A DNA stretch of 64,000 nt from Schizochytrium sp. TIO01. Taxonomy: Eukaryota; Protista; Bigyra: Labyrinthulomycetes. The notes beneath the pieces were generated by a model. It saw only the letters and a program-made list of their open reading frames with translations, was not told the DNA's origin and did not search any database. The translations under genes were made by a program, and so were the position numbers. The stretch is from the NCBI GenBank assembly GCA_004764695.1, contig SMSO01000037.1, forward strand, positions 472,747-536,746, in the 5' to 3' direction. This document shows, in pieces, positions 57,500 through 64,000 of the stretch; the first letter of the stretch is position 1, and every line of letters begins with the position of its first letter.

Positions 57500-57960
57500 T
57501 CTCAATAATAATGCTCCGTTGGTAATGGACAGACATGGGTTGACAATTCCAAGCCTATTCTTAACCTACCACAACTAGCATACGGAGGGCCTTTAATGAA
57601 GCATTTCAAAAATGTATGTATATCGAGGGAATCAACATTCTATTGTTTCCTTCGTAAAATGAGGAAAGGAGTCCAGCCTCTGGCAATTACTCTCCTCACA
57701 CCCCACCGATCTTTTCACGAGACGTGAGCTCCCAGTGGTCCTGATGCATTCGTTCCCCGACATTATTCTCTACAGCAAGCCATAGTTATTCATGATTCTT
57801 TCAAAGTTTGGGTGCCTCCTCCTGGTCACCAGTGATAACAAGCTTTTTAAAGAAGAAGAGCGCATGCCAGTTGCTCATTCATTTGCGATTGTTCATCATT
57901 TGCCATAATCTTTGAATCGATGCAGGACGAAATGAAGATGTACTGATACGCAGTCGATAA
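57500..57960 (+). mobile_element. Degenerate PIF/Harbinger (DDE_Tnp_4-like) transposase fragment
   Basis: Collinear decayed motifs APLVMDRHGLTIP (G.IDGTHI.I), NVCISRESTFY (D.RVFR.S.LY), GVQPLAITLLTPHR (GYPL...LLTPYR), AFVPRHYSLQ (FN.RHSS.R) and IICHNL*IDAG (C.LHN..ID), with stops and frameshifts. No terminal inverted repeats identified. Confidence 0.5.
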
Positions 57961-60900
57961 TCTGGATAAGACGCACGAATCCGGCAACGATAGCTTCATT
58001 CGTTCTGAAGGTCCCTACTTTGCATTCACAATCATCTCTTCGGCCTTCTGCTACCTTAAATAACCTCATTCAATGCTTTAGGACTTACTGTTTATAACCA
58101 ATGTTTATTATTATTAAAATACAAAAAATAAATCATTTATAATTAAATAATTGAGTTTATTATGCAGCTGTGCACAGCTCTAAAAAACATTAGGTGCCTC
58201 TTAGCTAGACCAACTTGATAACCCTGTCCATTCTCGCCTTCTTTAACGCTCCTAACTCTGTCTTCAACCCCAAAGCTCCTTTTCTTGGCCTCTTGCGCTC
58301 TTTAGCTATTATTTCAGTACCGGCTATTGCCTCAAGCTGCCAGTCCTCAAGCTTCAGGTGATTCAACATGGATTGTGACATCATCATAATTTATATAATG
58401 ATTGTGCACACCTTGCCGCGTCTGTCTTTGTAGCCATATAGGCCTAAATATATGAAAAAAGTTAAGAATCGACAACCAGAACAAAGCATTTCTTTTTTCA
58501 ATTTTATCTCTATGTCTACCTAGAGGATATCATTTGTTGTTATTACTGTTATTACTAGTTCAAGAAAAAAGAAAAAATGACTCGGAAGAAAGCCAACTTT
58601 GACAAGGTCTGTCTGTCTTCAAAGTTTCTCTTTGTTTTCCTAGAATTGTCCTTTTCTACGTTCAGAAAGTTACCAATACACCCTTTTAAAAGGAGAAAGG
58701 CTGCAATTGGTAAATCAATCGACGAACACAACGCTAATAACAAATCAGAAGAAGCCTGAATAAAGAGGAACAATTGAAGCATTCTCAGAAGAAGCGTGAA
58801 ACAAATTTCAATAAGTGAATTTCCTGGCTTGTGTTTCTCTAGATGTATACTTTCTTCGCTTTGGGTTTTCTGTAGCAGCCGATCGACCTCAGGTGGCGCT
58901 TACACAGTCCGTCAACTCTACAATTCTACACGACCCCTATATTATGGTAGCAGGCACATGTAGTAATATGATATAGCTGTGTGTGTTTTTAATAGTTTCT
59001 TGATTTTAGCCATGAAAAGTAAAGGTTTAGATACACTACAAAGAGGAGCGAGCGAGTGAGTGCGCAGTGCCAGCTTGCCCCCATTTGTTCTCTCACGCTG
59101 TCCAACTACTCACAACTTTGCAAGCATTGTCGCAGCAACGCCCTGCTTTACCTTGAATATGCAGCAAGTCAGCAATACAGGCTGTTCTTACTAACATACA
59201 GTTGCGGGTATTTCACTCACCCTGCCTGTGCCAGGGAAATTGCTTTTGATTTTTCAACTCTGGTTCCCTATAAAAACCTATAAAAAGAAGTAGTACTCTG
59301 TAGATATATATGCTGTTTGTTTGATTGCTTGCTTGTTTGTTTTTCATCCTAAAATTAATATCCCCTTTCTGCAATTATACCTAGGCACAATCGATCTATC
59401 ACTCGATGCTGTCGTGAAGAACGGGGTTCTCAAGAGGCTGACTAGTCTAACCTAAAGAGCTCAACCTTCCTCCCAAACCTAGCTCCCTCCTCCTTATCTT
59501 TCCTGGCCTCTGAAAAACGTGCTCGAAGCGAGGCTTCAAATAAATAAATGAATAAATAAATGAACGAGCGAGAAGTTGAAATAGCTTATCGTCCAAATTC
59601 ACTCCAAATTCACTTTAACAAAATTCACCTCAAATTCATTCCTTCAACATAATATGTTCTAAAATGCAAGCAAGCAACGCAACTTTAGACTTGTGTCCGA
59701 AGTTTCCTCAATAGGATTTCTTTCGTGCAAGTGAACCCAAACCCAATACACTAGTCAAAATTCGCGATAAAAACTTCGAATTTGCATTCATGAATCATGA
59801 ACTTGAAGATCAGACTTTATCTTCACGAGCAACACTCCTCCATTGTGAAAAGTGCTTCGAATTTGCTCGTACAAGCCGCAGCACCACAAACTTTAACCGA
59901 GGATTGGTATAGCGCAGCACATAGCGCACACCGGCGCCCCTGCGGCCGGAAGCACACCTGCACCAGTTAGTTGTCCGAGGAACTTGAACTTGAAGTTGAA
60001 GTGGAGATCTGGTCTGGCAGCAGCTGTGCGAGGGAGGGGGAGACGGCCCCGAACAGGTAGAGGAGCCGCTGCAGCTGTTCGTCACCCTCATATCTTCAAC
60101 GTCGTCTTGACTTGACTTGCTCGTTCAATACTGAGTTTCGGTTTCTTTGGCTGATTTTTTCAAGGGTGCATGTCTAGTACCTGACAGATTCACGCCAGAC
60201 ATTCGAGGTTAAGCACCAGATGCCTACCTGCTGTCAATGGCTAACACGCTCATGAGGCATCAAGCTCCATGGTGAAAGCTCAACTTAGTATCCATTTGCG
60301 TGTGTTTTTGCACATCGATTTTGGAATCCACTAGTCCACCTTCCAGCGCGTGCCAGTGCTCTTTTAAAAATAAATTGAAAGTCGTTTTTAATTTGTTATA
60401 AAACAATATAATAACTTACAGTATACTTTAATTTTCAGAGATATAAAATATATACCTACTTTTGTTCAAATTTATTTAATTTTAATTAAATTAATTTTAA
60501 TGAAATTGGCTTTTTTCTTTTTCTTTTCTTATTTTCAAGTTGAAAGTGTACGAGGAAATAAAGAAAGACCTGGGAAGGAGCGGGGCTCTTAGGGGTAGAG
60601 TATGAATCTATTGAGGTACTGTCATACTCTGTACCTCCTCTTAAGGCGATGAACTCGCGCAGTCGCGGCACGTGCTGTGTATAAAGGGCTTGGTTAACCC
60701 TCTGGGGGAGTGAATATAAGTAAACTTGATACCCACGTGTGTGGAGTTGTTGAGAGGAATAAACGAGCTGGGATGAGAGAAAGAGGGGTAAAATAGGATT
60801 GATTATTTGGGGTGTGTACTAAATATTGTGATGCTAGGTTGTAGGTTCATATCGAAAGTTTAAACTGGGAATATGCTTCAAACTGCAAGCTCTAGCTCGT

Positions 60901-63360
60901 AATCATGGTGATGATATAGCATTTAGTTGGCTGCACGTATGTCGAGGGACTGTGGCCGATAGGTGGTCATCACAACACTTGTGTGGCTCTCGAAATAAAA
61001 TTCTTAAAAAAGAAGCCTTTCTGTGCAGTTTAGGAACATCACACGCCTCACAAAAACGGGCGGTGATGGATTGGTTGTTCGAACCAGACGAAGTGGACAA
61101 CCACAACTCAAACATACTGTGGCCAATCCCTTACAGTCCGTAAAAAATAAAGACAGGCTTTGGTGTTGCGTTGCCTTGACGCGCAGCTCTTTTTCAGATT
61201 GCTACTAAACTTGGTGTTGTCTGGGATAGCAACAATTTGGAGGATGCTTAAGGCCTATCCCTCCTTCAAACTGATCAATTTCTTCCTTCAATATTGCTAT
61301 AGTGACGATTAATAAGCCACTGTAATGTCAATGTTTAATTTTTGCCGAGTGCCGTGATTTCCGAATCATTCCAGAATAGAGAATAGGGAAATAGAGATAT
61401 TGGCAACAACAGTGGCGAGATTTGCAGAGACCCTCTTCATTGGGATCAATGTATCAAATCACTACTATCACTTGCCAGACCAAACTATTGCCAATACACA
61501 AAACTTAAACACCCACTACTTTCATCATGTCATGTCCTGCCGGTACCTGTTTAGTAGGTTATTACTTTTCTAAAAGAGGAATGGTTCCGCTAGTACCTAT
61601 GAAATGCCAGCAAGTGCCGACCATCAGTACTGAGTGATAAACTGCACGAGTAAGGACAGCTGTTGGCCGGTGCAGCAATAAAGCCGCGCTACTTCCTCGT
61701 TTTTCAATAGCAGAACAATATATTCTTTTATCCCCCTACGTCGCCTCGCAGACTGGCTTGTCTGCTTGACTGAGCAATTGAGCAGATCGATCGTTCAATC
61801 TCATCCAAGTTGTGGAAGGGTTAAATGTGTTCACCACTCAATCCTCGTCACACATTTAATACTAGGAACCCGCCGCACACTTGCCATTTCTACCTGCCGC
61901 TATTTCGAGTCGCTTACTTGATGGTGCATCCCTCACTTGAAGATGGCTCGGAGGTTCCCAGTTCGTCTCTCCAGTTTTCAAGTGCTGTTTTCACCCGAAT
62001 AGCCAACGCTTTACTTTGCAGAATATCTCATCTTTTTTATTAATATTTTTGTTGAGTGCAAATCATGATAGCAGTAGAGTTTATAGCTGCGGCTAGGTTG
62101 GTGCTCCAGAGCCATACCCAAGCATGGATTTTATTTGGTAGTGAGGTGGATGCTGTTCACCACCCCATCCTTCAGCCTACCTCAACCTTTCTCATCTGAC
62201 CACGGTAGCAGGAATCTCAAATTTAAGCAGAGAATAATATTATCATTTTCGTCAATTTTCGCTCGCTTCAAATGCAATCTTGTTCGGCAGAAAGCTTAAT
62301 AATAGCAGCTACTGATACGCACGTCAGTTGCAGAATGACATATAATTCACGAAGTCATTATGTTGGTTTGAGATTTGAAATCAAGTTTTAAAAAAGGTTT
62401 CAACCCATTACCTCTGAGAGTGCCCTTTTCAAAATTTTATTACTCACCTAGTACCTATAGAGAACTACCCGAATTACTCATACTACTCTTTGGATTCAGT
62501 AATCTATCTTAAACAGAATGAATAACATAGTGAGTTTCGAAATTACGAACTTGCAAGTTGCAACTTAATAGCGCAGCCAGTCATCCTTGGTTACTCATCC
62601 AGAGTCTCTTGGAATAAATTATTATTCGTCTTTTACAGAGCCCTGACAGTGGGTGCAGAAATAGACTAATATAACGAGTACCTGTTATCCCCTTGGAGTT
62701 GGCGAGGGATCGAACAAACCTTAGCCCTTGGTCTTTGGACGAGGATCTAAGAGGTATGGCTTTTAAAACGAAGAATAAACAGAAAAAAATGATGGATGAA
62801 ATTTTACACAATCTGCTGCCGATGTTTAAAAAAGAAACAAAGTGCCACAGAAATATTTTCAAGAGTGTTTTATTCAGGGATTGCAGACTCCACAAGGCAT
62901 TACTTGGAATGTCAGAGGTATTTGTATCAACTCGCAGTATTTATTTTGCGGTTGAAACTCGTGAAGCAAATAAAGGAGGGGATAGCCTCTTGCATTTGCA
63001 ATCGGCACGGCAACCACTCAAACAAACTTCGAAGCGACGGGCTATTTAAAAAAAAAAAAAAAGAAGACCGCAAAAACTACTAGGAACGAAGAAGAAGAAG
63101 AAAAGAAGAAGAAAGCACATTGCGGCAGCAAATAGAAATTCAGACTCCATTATACCAACTTTTTTAAAGCGCATCCTTGACTTTGCATGCAATGGTACTG
63201 AAAAAGCGCCCTACTAGTCGTTATGCGTGACGTGTTTTCAAGTGATAGATTAAAGCTGGCATTCCACTCGTGCAGGAAAAACAGACTAGGGTACTAGTTA
63301 GTCTTTTGTTTGTTCTAAATCTCACTGACACCCAGGAATTCTCACCCTAACTGAAGCGAC

Positions 63361-64000
63361 TTATGCAACATAACTTCTATTGTTGGGCCTTTCCTCCGAG
63401 CCAGCTGGTGTAGTATTGGTACTTTGCATTGAATTGGCAGTACTATTCCCTGGGTTGGCATCTAGAGACACCACCACAACTGGGACAGATTTGTTAACGT
63501 TGCTGAGGCTTGGGTTACCGATGGCAGTGTTGTAAGAGCGATTTCCGCTCTCAAAAACATTGCTGCTCATGTTTGTTGAATAGTAGTTATTGCTACTATA
63601 AGTGTTTGTTTTAATGTTGTGGCCACTGCTACCATTATTACTCTGAACAGATCCGTGATGAGATGATGCTGTTGATGCGACAGCTGATGCTGGGTCTACA
63701 ACACTTGCGCTCGAGGCCGAGCTGTAGACGGTTGGGTTCTGGCTTCTCCCGTTAAGACATACATCACTGACCTCCTGCAGAGTTGCACTGCTGACCGGTG
63801 CTTGGACATGTGAGAGTTGTTTTGCCTTGGGAGCGGTAGCAGAGAAGCTAACAGGAGTTCCAGAGGCAGGGGCAACAACTCCACTGCTAGGAGGTGACGG
63901 CGGAGTGCGTGGATGAGAAGTCGGAGAAGTATTGGTAATCTTGATCACCTTGGGCTCTTTCACAACAATTGTATTAGTAGGATACGCCACGTTAGAGCTA
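63361..64000 (-). CDS. 3' part of a Ser/Pro/Asn-rich protein, truncated by the window edge
   Basis: Frame is open from the window end to the stop at 63361; protein-like low complexity; no domain visible. Confidence 0.5.
   Translation of the reverse strand, partial: SSNVAYPTNTIVVKEPKVIKITNTSPTSHPRTPPSPPSSGVVAPASGTPVSFSATAPKAKQLSHVQAPVSSATLQEVSDVCLNGRSQNPTVYSSASSASVVDPASAVASTASSHHGSVQSNNGSSGHNIKTNTYSSNNYYSTNMSSNVFESGNRSYNTAIGNPSLSNVNKSVPVVVVSLDANPGNSTANSMQSTNTTPAGSEERPNNRSYVA

Noticed and set aside
60950-63083. Broken protein-like frames at 61 kb and 62.6-63 kb
   Set aside because: Possibly further relics, but no motif could be assigned with any confidence.

Overview
Eukaryotic nuclear DNA with intron-poor genes, long microsatellite-rich intergenic regions and one Pol III tRNA. 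Gene content and the (AAAC)n/(ATCA)n repeats suggest a stramenopile such as a thraustochytrid/labyrinthulomycete; this is inference only. All protein family calls come from motifs recognised by eye; no database search was run. Intact genes: two tandem MIF/tautomerase paralogues, a possible CFAP97-like protein, a cytochrome b5-domain protein ending in a CaaX box (CVIS), a Mn-type superoxide dismutase with a signal peptide and C-terminal KEEL, a basic nuclear protein, a thioredoxin-fold protein lacking CxxC, an atypical tRNA-Arg(CCG), a type I membrane protein with kelch-like/Cys-rich/Ig-like parts, an HSF transcription factor with an orphan C-terminal domain bracketed by Cys-Pro motifs, a low-complexity orphan protein, a PH-coiled coil-Costars protein split by a one-base frameshift, and a Ser/Asn-rich ORF cut by the right edge. 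The intergenic DNA holds several decayed gene relics not visible in the ORF track: a clear WDR83/MORG1 pseudogene, probable bZIP-like and PIF/Harbinger transposase relics, and weaker FBA-like, kinase-like and D5-like traces. Best leads: the putatively ER-retained MnSOD, the putatively prenylated cytochrome b5, the putatively heme-sensing HSF and the PH-Costars fusion.
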